Assembly: GCA_965226495.1 (NCBI GenBank)
Contig: OZ245365.1
Location: forward strand, 1,408,001-1,472,000
Length of the DNA stretch: 64,000 bases
Direction of reading: 5' to 3'
DNA from: Candidatus Marinacidobacterales bacterium
GTDB lineage: Bacteria; Acidobacteriota; Vicinamibacteria; Marinacidobacterales; DATDRI01
Part shown: positions 30,020 through 40,535 of the stretch, one piece after another
Layout of the letters: every line of letters starts with the position of its first letter
How positions within the stretch are numbered: the stretch's first letter is position 1
Notes under the pieces: model-generated
What the model was told of the DNA's origin: nothing
What the model saw: the letters and a program-made list of their open reading frames with translations, nothing else
Databases searched by the model: none
Position numbers and translations under genes: made by a program

Positions 30020-31279
30020 CTATGGAGTTCGAGGCAGCGGTGACCTGGGCTCCGGCACTTCCCGACGTCCCCGCCTTTCATCGATCTTCCGCCTCTTATC
30101 GATCTTCTGTTGGATGAATTCCGCCCCGTAGACATGTTCGGCCGCCAAGCGATTATGGGGAGGGCACAAAAGACGAAGGAACCGCTCATCGTGGCTGCGA
30201 AAGATGGCAAACGGCCGCTCGTGTTCCACCTGAAGACCGGTCCGCGACCGACATCGCCTCCCATCAGCGCTTTTGTATTCGCATTGGTGGTTCCCACGGG
30301 CATGGACCCGCTCGATCGCCTCGGAAGGAATGTGTCGCGACCTGGCCGGCTCGTCTTCCACGTCCGGCACGTCCGGCACGCCCGGCCCGACATCATCCGA
30401 CATCTCCTCCGGACGAGGTGTGGTTTTGGTGGCCTTTTGCCTCACCTTCCGCCGCTCGAGCTTCCTTTTTGGGTCTTTCTTATCGAGGGCAACGTCCAGA
30501 GCCTGCTCCAAGATCTCCGCCATATGTTTCTGAGCATTCTCGACGCCCATGACCTCGGCCAGTCGCTCGAACTTCTCTTTGAAGCTCCGGTTGGCCGAGA
30601 ACCTGAAATTGAACACGGCGGGTCGGGCTGGCTGGAGGATGTTGGGCGAGCTGACCGCTGGCGCTCGCTCATCGTCAACTCGCGCGGAGAGGTCGTTGGT
30701 CTTTCCGCTGGAACTGCCTCCACGGGCAGCGGCCGGGCGGGGCTTTTTCGAATCGAAGGCTCGAACACCGGTTTGGGCTCGATGCGAACGAGATACTCTA
30801 GTACCGCTTTCTGGGTCATCCCGGCGCAATCCGCAAGGAGCTTATCGACATTGCTCTCTGTCAGGACGGGCGCGAGGAGCCCTCAGCCCGAGCGTAGGGC
30901 GAGGCCATTGCCGAGTCCCGAAGCGAGAAGCCGTGGGGGTGGGGCCCCGCGGCACTTATGGAAGTCCCGCAACCGTGAGACTGATACGGTTCTCGGCCAG
31001 CGCGACGAGGAGCTGAGGGAAGCGAATCGAAACATTGGCGACGTGTATTCGCGATGCGACCGAGCCTTCGCTCAGACGAAGCCTCTCGACGCAATAGTGA
31101 AACGTGCTCTTGTAACCGAGCTCGAGCGCGACCTTCCTCCTCGACATCTCGGCGATATGGGCGATGAGCTTGGCAACGTTTTGTTTCTCGGCGCAGACCA
31201 ATTTCTCCGCCGACCGATCCAGCTCGCCGTCAGACAGGCGTTCGAGCTTTCCGAAGTAGTTCTTGAATCTTTCGAGCAT
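30020..31279 (-). pseudogene. HNH endonuclease (DUF222-like N-terminus), disrupted by an ~85-bp insertion and a frameshift
   Basis: N-terminal IAHIAEM..LGYKSTFHYC..LSEG; middle LLAPVLTESN..MTQKAV; C-terminal CEY..GRRC..HERP..LC..HN. Confidence 0.78.
30877..30964. repeat. Structured short repeat (GGGGGTGGGGCCCC family), copy 1, inserted in the HNH gene
   Basis: Aligns with 52385-52462; its removal restores ...VAGL-LAPVLTES... Confidence 0.78.
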
Positions 31280-31494
31280 CGTCTTCCCCCAAAGAGTTAG
31301 TAACCAAATTATACTCCGGCGTTTTAGAACGCCCGCAGTCGGTGACAGGAAGGCGACAACCGATCGACGTGAAACAAAAATCCAAAAGGCGCGGTGAATA
31401 CAGCAGGACGCTACGTAGCAAACGTGAGCGATGTTTTTGAAGGCGTCGTCGTCACGATGCAATTTGTCGCACGAAAGCTGTCAAGCTTTTTTTG

Positions 31495-32508
31495 TGTAGT
31501 GTCCTGAGTCTTTGGTTACACACTGAGTCCTGTTTTCTGTCTAAGGCGTTCATACGGGGTCTGGCCGTCTAAGCCTCCATGAGGTCGATGGTAGTTATAG
31601 TACTTCTCCCACTCGCTCAGTTTTGCATTGAATAGGTGAATGTCGTCGCTGACCCCGTCCTTGTCTAGAAGCTGGTAAAACTCTTGGTCGTCGGTGCGAT
31701 GAGAGCGTTCGACCTTGCCGTTCAATCGAGGGGTCCGGGGCGTGATGTATACGTGGGATATGTCTTTGTCCTGAAGGTGCCAGTGAAACCTCGACTGGAA
31801 TTCAGCACCGTTGTCGGTTTGTATGACGTGAATTCTGAAGGGTAATCGGTGGATGACTTCATCGATGAACTGAATGGCCGTCTTGTGACTGCAGGCATCG
31901 AATATCTTCAAGACCCGTATCCTTGTACAGTCGTCTACGGCCGTGAACTGATAGAACCTTCTCCGGGTGCCTGGTATTCTCTCCAGGAACTTTACATCTA
32001 CCTGCAGCCTATGACCAGGCTGGCGTCTCTCGTACCGCTTCCAGCGCTTCTTGTGGGCTCGATGTTTTTGACTTGCGGGCAATCGACTCAGGCCATTGCG
32101 CTCCAGGACTCGGTGAACCGTGGAAGCGGCGATTTTTATCTGATGATATCGATGCAGGTAGGAAGCGATTCTCGCCGGACCAAAGTGGTAGTTTTGCCGC
32201 AAGTAGAGAATCTTGCTGACCGTCTGTTTGGGAGTCTCACGGGGGCAATTCTTGGGCCTCCTTGGTCTATCACAGAGGCTGGCCTCGCCATGGGCCTCGT
32301 ACCGAGCCAGCCACTTGTAGAAAGTCTTCCGCGAGATCCCGAAATATCTACAAGTTCTTGAGACATTATGAGTTGTTTCGGCTGCGTGACGAATGATCTT
32401 CATTCGCCAATTCACTAGCCGCTGTCGTTCCGTCTTCTTCATGTTGCACTACCTCCCTGCAGCACTTAAAAGAAGACTAGTGTGTCACCTCTGTCCTGGG
32501 GTTTTACA
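31495..32508 (-). mobile_element. IS481 family insertion sequence
   Basis: TGT...ACA ends; imperfect 26-bp inverted repeats TGTAGTGTCCTGAGTCTTTGGTTACA / TGTAAAACCCCAGGACAGAGGTGACA. Confidence 0.88.
31516..32442 (-). CDS. IS481 family transposase
   Basis: HTH SRKTFYKW, QVDVK, QTDNGAEF, NGKVERSH, YNYHRPH. Confidence 0.95.
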   Translation of the reverse strand: MKKTERQRLVNWRMKIIRHAAETTHNVSRTCRYFGISRKTFYKWLARYEAHGEASLCDRPRRPKNCPRETPKQTVSKILYLRQNYHFGPARIASYLHRYHQIKIAASTVHRVLERNGLSRLPASQKHRAHKKRWKRYERRQPGHRLQVDVKFLERIPGTRRRFYQFTAVDDCTRIRVLKIFDACSHKTAIQFIDEVIHRLPFRIHVIQTDNGAEFQSRFHWHLQDKDISHVYITPRTPRLNGKVERSHRTDDQEFYQLLDKDGVSDDIHLFNAKLSEWEKYYNYHRPHGGLDGQTPYERLRQKTGLSV

Positions 32509-32780
32509 TGAACATTTTTTTCGAGTCTTGACGAACAGGTAGTTCCCCGCCTGATGGGATCGGCCACAGCCGGCGACTTCGCTTGTCTGGACGATTTTTT
32601 GTCCCTGTGAGCTTCGCCGCTCCGTTACTGCACAGTTGCCCCTAGCAGCACGAAACCTCGCGGGGTAGTTGAATCCAGGTTGTCGCTCTGCTAGATCCCA
32701 TAGTGTTGGGAGCCTGGCCAGCACGATGTGTAAGTGTCCTGTGCCCTCCCCGTAACGTTTCGGAAATCCGGAGACACAAA

Positions 32781-34526
32781 TTGAAACCCAATCACGAACT
32801 CGTCGCGTACCTATTCGTTATCACTTCGATAATGACACTGACCTCGGCCTGTACTTCGCAGTTGCCGAGCGAGGTCGCCGACACCGTCTACACCAACGGC
32901 AAGATCTACACCGTCAATGAGGCCCAGCCCTGGGCCGAGGCGGTGGCGATCAAAGACGGCAAGTTCCTCGTCGTAGGGTCGAACGCTGACGTGGAGACCG
33001 TGACCGGTGACGGAACCGAGGTCGTCGATCTGACAGGTCAGTTCGTCATGCCTGGAATCGTCGATATGCACGCCCACCCGTTCACTGGTGTGGACATGGG
33101 CATCGGCGGCATCAATCTCAGTTCGCCGGGCGATTTGGAAGCGGTTCTGGCTGACATTAAGCAGTTTGTCGCCGAACACCCCGACAGAGACGTTTTTCTC
33201 GGCGGCAACTGGAGCATCGGCGGCGCGTTGTTCGAAAACGACAGCGCGGACAAGAAGGTGCTGGACGAGATCGTGCCCGATGTTCCGGTCTTCCTTCTTA
33301 GCCAGAGCGGTCACTCGGCCTGGGTAAATTCGAAGGCACTTGAGATGGCAGGCATCGACGAGTCCGTTGACAACGAAGGTTCCTATATTTTCGATCGCTA
33401 CGAAGGCACGAACGAGCCCTCTGGCACCGCCCGCGATAACGGAATGGTCCTGATCATGAACGCACTGCACTACCTCGCCCCTGAGGATTTTGCACCTTTC
33501 TTTGAGAAGGAAATTCAGCGGTACAGCAGGTATGGCGTCACCGCGATCCAGCCAGCCGAGGGAAGCATTACCTGGCTGCAGGGAGCCGCTCTGCTGGAGA
33601 AGGAAGACCGGTTGGACGTTCGGCTTTTTCCGGCGCTCGATTGGCTGACATCTCAGCTTAGGGCACTCGACGACGACGAATCGGTGGCGTTTATCGAGGA
33701 CTGGGAGAGCTACCAGACCGAACTGATCAGGCCCCACTACGTCAAGATTTTCGGAGATGGCGGCGCCGATTCCCACACCGTTCTAATGAAGGAGCCCTTC
33801 GCCGATTCCCCTGAAAACCTCGGATCGATGTTTCTCCCTTTCGACGAGTACAGGGCAGCCATACTCGACTTTTACGCAAAGGGAATCACGGTGCACGTGC
33901 ACGTTCTTGGGGACGCCACAGCAGCCCGAATCATCGACATCTTCGAGGAAGCAGAAGCAACGTACCCCGATTCCGACGCTGTCCTCCATCTCTCCCACAA
34001 CCAGTCGACCGATTACGAAGATCTGGACCGGCTCGCAGCCTTGAAGAAGGTGACCGCGTCCTTCTCGCCCATGCTGGCGGTGGGACATCCGCAGATGGAT
34101 CTGTTCCTCAAGACACCTCTGGGCGAAGAGCGCCATCAGCAGGTCTTTCCCGTCAGAGCCGCGATCGAGAAGGGCATCACGGTCGGCTTCGGCAGCGATT
34201 TCCCATCGAGCCTGGTTCCCGAACCGGATTCGTTCTTCTACATGGAGGGCTGGGTAACCCGGCAGATGCCCGGGACCGACGAGTATGGAACCGTCAACGC
34301 GGATCAGGCGATCAGCGTGGAACAGGCCATTCGAGGCTTCACGCTGGGTGGTGCTGAAGCGCTGGGCGCCGACTACTCCGAGCAGTTCGGGTCGATCGAG
34401 GCTGGCAAGTCCGCCGACATGATCGTCCTGGATCGAGACCTGCTGGAGATCCCGGAGACCGAGATCCACAACACAGAGGTCCAGAAGACGATCTTCAAGG
34501 GCGAGGTCGTGTACGAACCTCGCTAG
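32781..34526 (+). CDS. Amidohydrolase family 3 (YtcJ-like) lipoprotein
   Basis: Lipobox TSAC, PGIVDMHAH, HVLGD, GSDF, GKSADMIVLD; TTG start after GGAG. Confidence 0.88.
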   Translation: MKPNHELVAYLFVITSIMTLTSACTSQLPSEVADTVYTNGKIYTVNEAQPWAEAVAIKDGKFLVVGSNADVETVTGDGTEVVDLTGQFVMPGIVDMHAHPFTGVDMGIGGINLSSPGDLEAVLADIKQFVAEHPDRDVFLGGNWSIGGALFENDSADKKVLDEIVPDVPVFLLSQSGHSAWVNSKALEMAGIDESVDNEGSYIFDRYEGTNEPSGTARDNGMVLIMNALHYLAPEDFAPFFEKEIQRYSRYGVTAIQPAEGSITWLQGAALLEKEDRLDVRLFPALDWLTSQLRALDDDESVAFIEDWESYQTELIRPHYVKIFGDGGADSHTVLMKEPFADSPENLGSMFLPFDEYRAAILDFYAKGITVHVHVLGDATAARIIDIFEEAEATYPDSDAVLHLSHNQSTDYEDLDRLAALKKVTASFSPMLAVGHPQMDLFLKTPLGEERHQQVFPVRAAIEKGITVGFGSDFPSSLVPEPDSFFYMEGWVTRQMPGTDEYGTVNADQAISVEQAIRGFTLGGAEALGADYSEQFGSIEAGKSADMIVLDRDLLEIPETEIHNTEVQKTIFKGEVVYEPR

Positions 34527-34811
34527 ACTCCGCTCGCGCCCTGTCTAAGGGAAATTACAAAGTAACGGTGGAACCGAAAAGACTCGAACTGTTCAATTCT
34601 CGCGCCCTCGTTCAAGCTTCCCCGTGAACCTGGAACGTTGGCCTAACGCACCAAAGCGACATTGCTAACTTGTTCCGTGGCGGAAGATTCGTGGGACTGG
34701 TGCATCTTATGTGCGATCGCCGGCCCCCCCGAAGGGCTGCTCACGGCAAAACTCGCGGCCTCCGGTGTTACAGTCCACTAGAGTCTCGAGGGAAGCGAAG
34801 GAGGAACGTTC

Positions 34812-35492
34812 GTGCCCGGACCCTATGAAATCATCACTTTCGATTGCTATGGAACGTTGGTCGACTGGGAGGGTGGGATCAGCGGAGCCTTCCTGGAGGC
34901 CGCCGCCCAGGATGGTTTGAAGCTCGAGAGGCAGGCCGTGCTCCAGGCCTACGGAGAGATCGAGCCCATCGTCGAGGCGGAGACGTACCGAAGCTACCGC
35001 GAGGTACTCGGAGAGACGGCTCGCCGGATCGCGGAAAGATTCGGTTGGCCCATCACTAAGAACCGAGCGAGCTTTCTCGCCGAGAGTCTCTCCGGCTGGC
35101 GCCCTTTTCCCGACACCAACGCCGCGCTCGAGCGCCTTGCCGCTTCCGGCTTGAAGTTCGGTATCTTGTCGAATGTCGACGATGATCTGCTGGCAGGTAC
35201 GTTGAAACGCTTCACCGTCGACTTCGAACTTGTTGTTACTGCCCAACAAGTGAGGTCCTACAAACCCGCCTTCGAGCATTTTCAAGAAGCCCGAAAGCGT
35301 CTCGACGCGGCCGGTATGACCGGCTGGCTTCACGCGGCACAGAGCTATTTCCACGACGTCGTGCCAGCTGCGGCGCTCGGTATTCCAGTGGCTTGGATCA
35401 ATCGCAAGGGAGAGGCTCCGTCTGGTGAGGCCCGCCCCGACAAAGAGTTTTCAACACTGGCCGACTTGGCGGAGTGGTCAGGCGGGCGCTAG
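34812..35492 (+). CDS. HAD family hydrolase (haloacid dehalogenase type II-like)
   Basis: FDCYGTLVDW, LSNVD, SYKP, HAAQSYFHD. Confidence 0.9.
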   Translation: MPGPYEIITFDCYGTLVDWEGGISGAFLEAAAQDGLKLERQAVLQAYGEIEPIVEAETYRSYREVLGETARRIAERFGWPITKNRASFLAESLSGWRPFPDTNAALERLAASGLKFGILSNVDDDLLAGTLKRFTVDFELVVTAQQVRSYKPAFEHFQEARKRLDAAGMTGWLHAAQSYFHDVVPAAALGIPVAWINRKGEAPSGEARPDKEFSTLADLAEWSGGR

Positions 35493-37355
35493 CCAGAGGT
35501 TCTGGTAGGGCTCCAACGTGATTTGCACGACGCCCGAAGAGCAATTCTCTCGGCGTCCGGTCAGAATGTCTCTCCAAACCTCGCTCAGTACTCCAACCTC
35601 CGCCTCGGAGAAGGAGACCTCTTGAGCGTCGGCGCTGACGTTGGTCAAGGCTAACACGCGCTGCTTACCATCCGTTGAAACGCGGACGACGGAAAAGACG
35701 GAAGGATTCCTCATCAAGATCCGCTGAGCACCATTCGGATGAAACGCCGTCGTCTCGGTGCGTTTTTCGATGAGCTTCCGGAAACCGCTGGCGACTTTGT
35801 AGGTGGAGGATGTCCGATCGCCCAGCTTTTCGATGAGAGCTTCTTCATCGATACTCTTCCGGTTGATGCTTCGCGGTTCACCGCTTTCCAGCACCGATTC
35901 CAGATCGTTTTGGGCACCGAGCAGACTGGGGAGGTACGTGCCCGGCACGCCCCGGAGAACTAGGGCGATAGCCCTCGAAGCGAGGAAACGGTCGACCTGT
36001 AGATCCACGTCTTCGTCCCCTGTCCCGTTGAGCGCGCTATACCAGGTGGTGTTGATCTCGTACGGACTCATCTTCCCGTCGGCATCTTCGCGATAGGAAA
36101 TGATTCCCCCGCGGGAAAGCGCCTTCCTCACCATGCCATCGAGTCTTTCGGTGCTAACGATGTTCCTTACCGGTAGGAGTCCGATGCCGTCATGGGAGTC
36201 GAGAAAGTTGAAGTAGGTCGCGCTATCGGAGGGGTTATCCAACGTCTCGGCCCATTGCGAGAGCAGCTCGCAGTTGGCCTCCTGAAACGAAAGAAGGACC
36301 AACGGCGGCAGGGCAAAGTTGTAAACCATCTGTGCTTCGTCAGTTCCTTTGCCGAAGTAGGTGATGAGCTCCTCATGGGGCACATTCGTTTCGGTGACCA
36401 GACCGACATGGGGGGCAACCACGTCGAGGATACAGCGGAAGAGCTGTACGACCGAGTGTGTTTGTTGAAGATGGGCACAGCTGGTTCCGAGCTCTGACCA
36501 AAGGTAGGTGATCGCATCCAGCCGGATGATGTCGGCACCCCGCCGCACGTAGTAGAGGAGTATTTCTACGATGCGGGCCAATACCTTCTCGTTCTTGAAA
36601 TTCAGATCGATCTGATCGGGACCGAACGTCGTCCAGACGTATTGCCTCCCGGCGATCGTGTTGAAACCCGTCAAGAGATCGGTCACCCGTGGCCGTACGA
36701 TCAAGCGCAGGTGGTCTCCACTGATCTCCTCGCGCGTCGAGAACCGAATGAAGAAGTCCTGAAAATTGGAGTTGCCGTTCAGGAATTCCTGAAACCAGCG
36801 GCTCGAAGCCGAAACATGATTGAAGACCCCGTCGAACATGAGGCGAAAACGCAGGCTGAGCTCCTCGATGTCGTCCCAACTACCTAAACGTGGGTCGACC
36901 TCTTCATAGGCTATGATCGAAAAGCCTCGATCGGACGACGATGGGAAAAACGGCAGGATATGAACGGTATTAATGACCGAGCCCATGAAGACGGTGAGGA
37001 AATCGGATAGGGCGCGAAGAGGTTTTTTCTGCGGACTCGTGATCAGATCTCCGTAGGTGATCAAGATCATGTCTTTTTCCGTGAAACGCTCGGCGGGATC
37101 GAGGTTTTTTTCCGCCTCCAGCGTCTCAGGCGTCTTGTGCGCGTAGTAGACCCTCATGATCCGTTCGAGGTCCTCGAAGCAGGCCTCGGCGCGCTCCTTC
37201 CCGTAAAGGAAGACGAGCTTGCGCGTGATGTCCTGGCGTTGCCTGGGGCTCAGTTCGAGCAAAGGGCGTGTGTAATCGGGTTCCGCGAGATGAAGTCGAC
37301 CAGCGAAGAGCCGGGGATCCGGCAACCCTGATTCGGGATCGGCGAGGGCACTCAT
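35478..37355 (-). CDS. Sugar phosphorylase (GH13_18; sucrose/glucosylglycerate phosphorylase-like)
   Basis: LITYGD, HILPFFPSSSDRGF, WTTFGPDQIDLN, IRLDA, TETNVP, SHDGIG, YEIN. Confidence 0.9.
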   Translation of the reverse strand: MSALADPESGLPDPRLFAGRLHLAEPDYTRPLLELSPRQRQDITRKLVFLYGKERAEACFEDLERIMRVYYAHKTPETLEAEKNLDPAERFTEKDMILITYGDLITSPQKKPLRALSDFLTVFMGSVINTVHILPFFPSSSDRGFSIIAYEEVDPRLGSWDDIEELSLRFRLMFDGVFNHVSASSRWFQEFLNGNSNFQDFFIRFSTREEISGDHLRLIVRPRVTDLLTGFNTIAGRQYVWTTFGPDQIDLNFKNEKVLARIVEILLYYVRRGADIIRLDAITYLWSELGTSCAHLQQTHSVVQLFRCILDVVAPHVGLVTETNVPHEELITYFGKGTDEAQMVYNFALPPLVLLSFQEANCELLSQWAETLDNPSDSATYFNFLDSHDGIGLLPVRNIVSTERLDGMVRKALSRGGIISYREDADGKMSPYEINTTWYSALNGTGDEDVDLQVDRFLASRAIALVLRGVPGTYLPSLLGAQNDLESVLESGEPRSINRKSIDEEALIEKLGDRTSSTYKVASGFRKLIEKRTETTAFHPNGAQRILMRNPSVFSVVRVSTDGKQRVLALTNVSADAQEVSFSEAEVGVLSEVWRDILTGRRENCSSGVVQITLEPYQNLWLAPA

Positions 37356-37466
37356 TGCATTTATTGTGACACGGAATTTTGCGGAGGGAAATACGTGGGG
37401 AGCCTGAAAGCCTGCAAGCCTGCAAGCTTGAAAGGCTCCTGTTTTTCCGCCAAGATAGCCGCCGAA

Positions 37467-38663
37467 GTGAGTCCTTCTCCGCCCAAACCGCCGATCGAGA
37501 CTCCTCCCGTCACGACGGGCTTGGAGCGGTTGTTCGAAGATCGAACCGACGCTATTCGAGGAAAGCGTTTAGGCCTCATCGCGAACCCCGCCACCATCGA
37601 CTCCGCAATGCGCCACGCCGCCGATCGACTGCGGGAGACGGGACAGCTGAAAGCGCTCTTCGGCCCCGAGCACGGGATCGCCGGCCACGCGCAAGATCAC
37701 ATCGAGGTCGATGACGGAAGCGACGTGGGGATCCCGGTTCATAGCCTGTACGGCGCGACCCGCATTCCCACACCCGAGATGCTGGAAGGTCTAGACGCGC
37801 TCGTCTTCGATGTCCAAGACATCGGTTCCCGCTACTACACGTTCATTTGGACCCTGGCTCACGCGATGCAGGCGTCGGCGCGGGATGGGAGAGAGGTGAT
37901 CGTGTTGGATCGCCCGAATCCCATCGGGGGCGTGCACCTGGAGGGAAATCTCATCGAGGAGAGTCACGTTTCTTTCGTAGGCCTCTATCCGATCGCCAAT
38001 CGACATGGAATGACGGTGGGGGAGCTCGCTGAGCTGTTCAACCAAGAGTTCGGGATCGGCTGTGAGTTGACGGTCGTTCCCATGAAGGGTTGGGTTCGCT
38101 CGAGCTGGTTTGATGAGACGGGACTTCCGTGGGTGATGCCCTCACCGAACATGCCGACCTTGGATACCGCGACGGTTTATCCGGGAGGTTGTCTCTTCGA
38201 AGGTACCAACCTATCGGAGGGGCGAGGGACAACGCGGCCCTTCGAGCTGGTTGGGGCCCCGTGGGTCGATGCTAATCGGTTTGCGACGGAACTGGAAAAG
38301 GAAGATCTACCGGGGGTTTTCATGAGGCCCACCTCCTTCGAACCCGCGTTCCACAAATTTGCGGGCGAGCTCTGCGGCGGCGTTCAACAACATGTCATCG
38401 ATCGAGAGACGTATCGCCCGTTGAGAACCGGATTGGCGATCATCAAGGTCTCGCGGAGGCTCTGGCCGGATGAGTTCGCCTGGCGGGATGAGACTTACGA
38501 GTACGAAACAGAAAAACCGGCCATCGATATCCTGGCGGGGAATAGCCGCATCCGAAAACAAATCGACGCCGATGTACCTCTGGCCGATATCGAAGAGGGA
38601 TGGCAGGCCGATCTCGCTCGTTTCGAAAAGCTCCGCGCCCGCTACCTCCTCTACCCAGACTAG
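37467..38663 (+). CDS. namZ: Exo-beta-N-acetylmuramidase NamZ (DUF1343)
   Basis: LFGPEHG, DVQDIGSRYYT, LDRPNP, HGMTVGE, PSPNMP, SEGRGTTRPFE; start uncertain (37395 or 37467). Confidence 0.88.
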   Translation: MSPSPPKPPIETPPVTTGLERLFEDRTDAIRGKRLGLIANPATIDSAMRHAADRLRETGQLKALFGPEHGIAGHAQDHIEVDDGSDVGIPVHSLYGATRIPTPEMLEGLDALVFDVQDIGSRYYTFIWTLAHAMQASARDGREVIVLDRPNPIGGVHLEGNLIEESHVSFVGLYPIANRHGMTVGELAELFNQEFGIGCELTVVPMKGWVRSSWFDETGLPWVMPSPNMPTLDTATVYPGGCLFEGTNLSEGRGTTRPFELVGAPWVDANRFATELEKEDLPGVFMRPTSFEPAFHKFAGELCGGVQQHVIDRETYRPLRTGLAIIKVSRRLWPDEFAWRDETYEYETEKPAIDILAGNSRIRKQIDADVPLADIEEGWQADLARFEKLRARYLLYPD

Positions 38664-38691
38664 TAAGCCCATTCGAGAATAGGAGTCGCTC

Positions 38692-40440
38692 ATGCCAAGG
38701 CTTCCAATGTACTGGCTGTTCGCGATCGGTTGGTTTCTGTGCGTGCCGCTCTCGGCGCAGGAACCGCCAGCCGATCTCGTTCTTCTGAACGGAACCGTTT
38801 ATACCGTGGATCCGGATCGTCCCCGAGCCGGGGCGGTGGCCATCTTTCGCGATCGGATTGTGGCGGTGGGCACCAACTCCGAGGTCCGTTCGCGCATCGG
38901 CCGGTCGACGCGCATCGTCGACCTCGAAGGTCGTTTCGTGGTTCCCGGCTTCGTCGACGATCATACGCATTTCGCCCAGGCGGGAGCTTTGTTGCTCGGC
39001 GCGAACTTGCTTCGTGTTCACGACGAGCAAGAACTCAGGGCGCAGATCGCGTTGGTGGCGGAGCGACTCCCCGGCGATAGTTGGATCGTCGGAGGAGACT
39101 GGGGTGCGTACGAGGCGTGGGAGGAAGGGTCCTCCGGCGAGGCGAGTGAGTCGAAGCCCGCGGAACCATTCGTCCCCACACGCAAGATGGTCGACGACGT
39201 CAGCGGCTCACATCCTCTATTGATTCGGCGCTTCGACCGAAGCATCTATTTGGCCAACGGTCTTGCTCTTCAGAAGGCTGGGATCGACGCCGAGACGCCC
39301 AACCCTGTCGACGGAGTCATCGCGCGGGACGCTAACGGAAGTCCGACCGGGATCCTCACCGGCACCGCAGTCGAATTGGTGGAGGCGGTCATTGGAGAGA
39401 AACCCTGGGAGCAACGGCTTGCCGAAAGTCGCAGGGCGCTCGCGGAGTTACGTCGCTACGGCGTGACCAGCATCCACGACATCACGCGGCGGGATCAAAT
39501 GCGGGTCTACCAGGAGCTCTTGCGCAACGGCGAGTTGTCGGTTCGGGTGTGGGCTCGCCCGACACTCGATATGGTGGAGCATCTCGCCGCGGTCGGAATC
39601 GAGACCGGTTTCGGCAACGACCTGTTGAAAATCGGGGGCCTGAAGGGGTTTGTTGACGGCACCATGGGGAATAGTTCCGCGCTCTTCTATGAACCGTACG
39701 ACCACGATCCCGAGAACTCCGGCAAGCTTCGCGACATGATGTACCCGGAAGGGAACATGTTGCGCTTGATCCGGGAAGCGGATCGAGCGCATCTCGTGCC
39801 CAACGTTCACGCCATCGGCGACAAGGCGATAGCCATGCTCCTCGAAATGTACGAGACGGTCATCGAAGAGAACCCTAGGTGGGACCGACGTTTTAGGATT
39901 ATTCACTCCCAAGTGGTGGGGCCGGACGATTTCTCGAGCTACGGAAAGTTGGGGATCGTTGCAGAGGTGCAGCCCTATCACGCCATCGATGATATGCGTT
40001 GGATGGAGGAGCGCATTGGTAAGGAAAGATCCAAGGGAGCGTATGCCTTCAAGTCGCTCCAGATGGGCGGGGCACGGCTTTGTTTCGGGACCGACTGGCC
40101 GGGAACCAATGCCGCCTACTATCCCGCGAATCCGCTCCTCGGAATCTACGCAGCGGTGACTCGCAAGACTCTTACCGGAGAGCCTTCCGGAGGTTGGTTT
40201 CCCGATCAGATTCTAACCGTGCCGGAGGCGATCGAGGCCTACACGATGGGCTCGGCCTGGGCGGCCTATGAAGAAGAAGACAAGGGCAGTATCACGCCCG
40301 GAAAGCTCGCCGACTTCGCCGTGCTGTCGAAGGACATCACTTCCATCCCGTCCATGGAGATCAAGGACGTGGATGTGGTGATGACGATCCTCGGTGGGAA
40401 GATCATCTTTGATCAAGAGGAAGAAAACGCTGACCGCTGA
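38692..40440 (+). CDS. Amidohydrolase family 3, secreted
   Basis: Signal peptide, PGFVDDHTH, HAIGD, FGTDWP, GKLADFAVL. Confidence 0.9.
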   Translation: MPRLPMYWLFAIGWFLCVPLSAQEPPADLVLLNGTVYTVDPDRPRAGAVAIFRDRIVAVGTNSEVRSRIGRSTRIVDLEGRFVVPGFVDDHTHFAQAGALLLGANLLRVHDEQELRAQIALVAERLPGDSWIVGGDWGAYEAWEEGSSGEASESKPAEPFVPTRKMVDDVSGSHPLLIRRFDRSIYLANGLALQKAGIDAETPNPVDGVIARDANGSPTGILTGTAVELVEAVIGEKPWEQRLAESRRALAELRRYGVTSIHDITRRDQMRVYQELLRNGELSVRVWARPTLDMVEHLAAVGIETGFGNDLLKIGGLKGFVDGTMGNSSALFYEPYDHDPENSGKLRDMMYPEGNMLRLIREADRAHLVPNVHAIGDKAIAMLLEMYETVIEENPRWDRRFRIIHSQVVGPDDFSSYGKLGIVAEVQPYHAIDDMRWMEERIGKERSKGAYAFKSLQMGGARLCFGTDWPGTNAAYYPANPLLGIYAAVTRKTLTGEPSGGWFPDQILTVPEAIEAYTMGSAWAAYEEEDKGSITPGKLADFAVLSKDITSIPSMEIKDVDVVMTILGGKIIFDQEEENADR

Positions 40441-40535
40441 TTAGTGTTCACTAATTTGAAATCGGTAGCTCTCGTGACGGCGGCGTTACGTTTATTTCAA
40501 GACAGTAGTTCGGCGATGCCGTCGGTCTCGCGCGG

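Noticed and set aside
32510-32780. Possible riboswitch or ncRNA in the leader of the amidohydrolase (also 34527-34810)
   Set aside because: No recognisable conserved aptamer motif by eye; an Rfam/Infernal scan would be needed.
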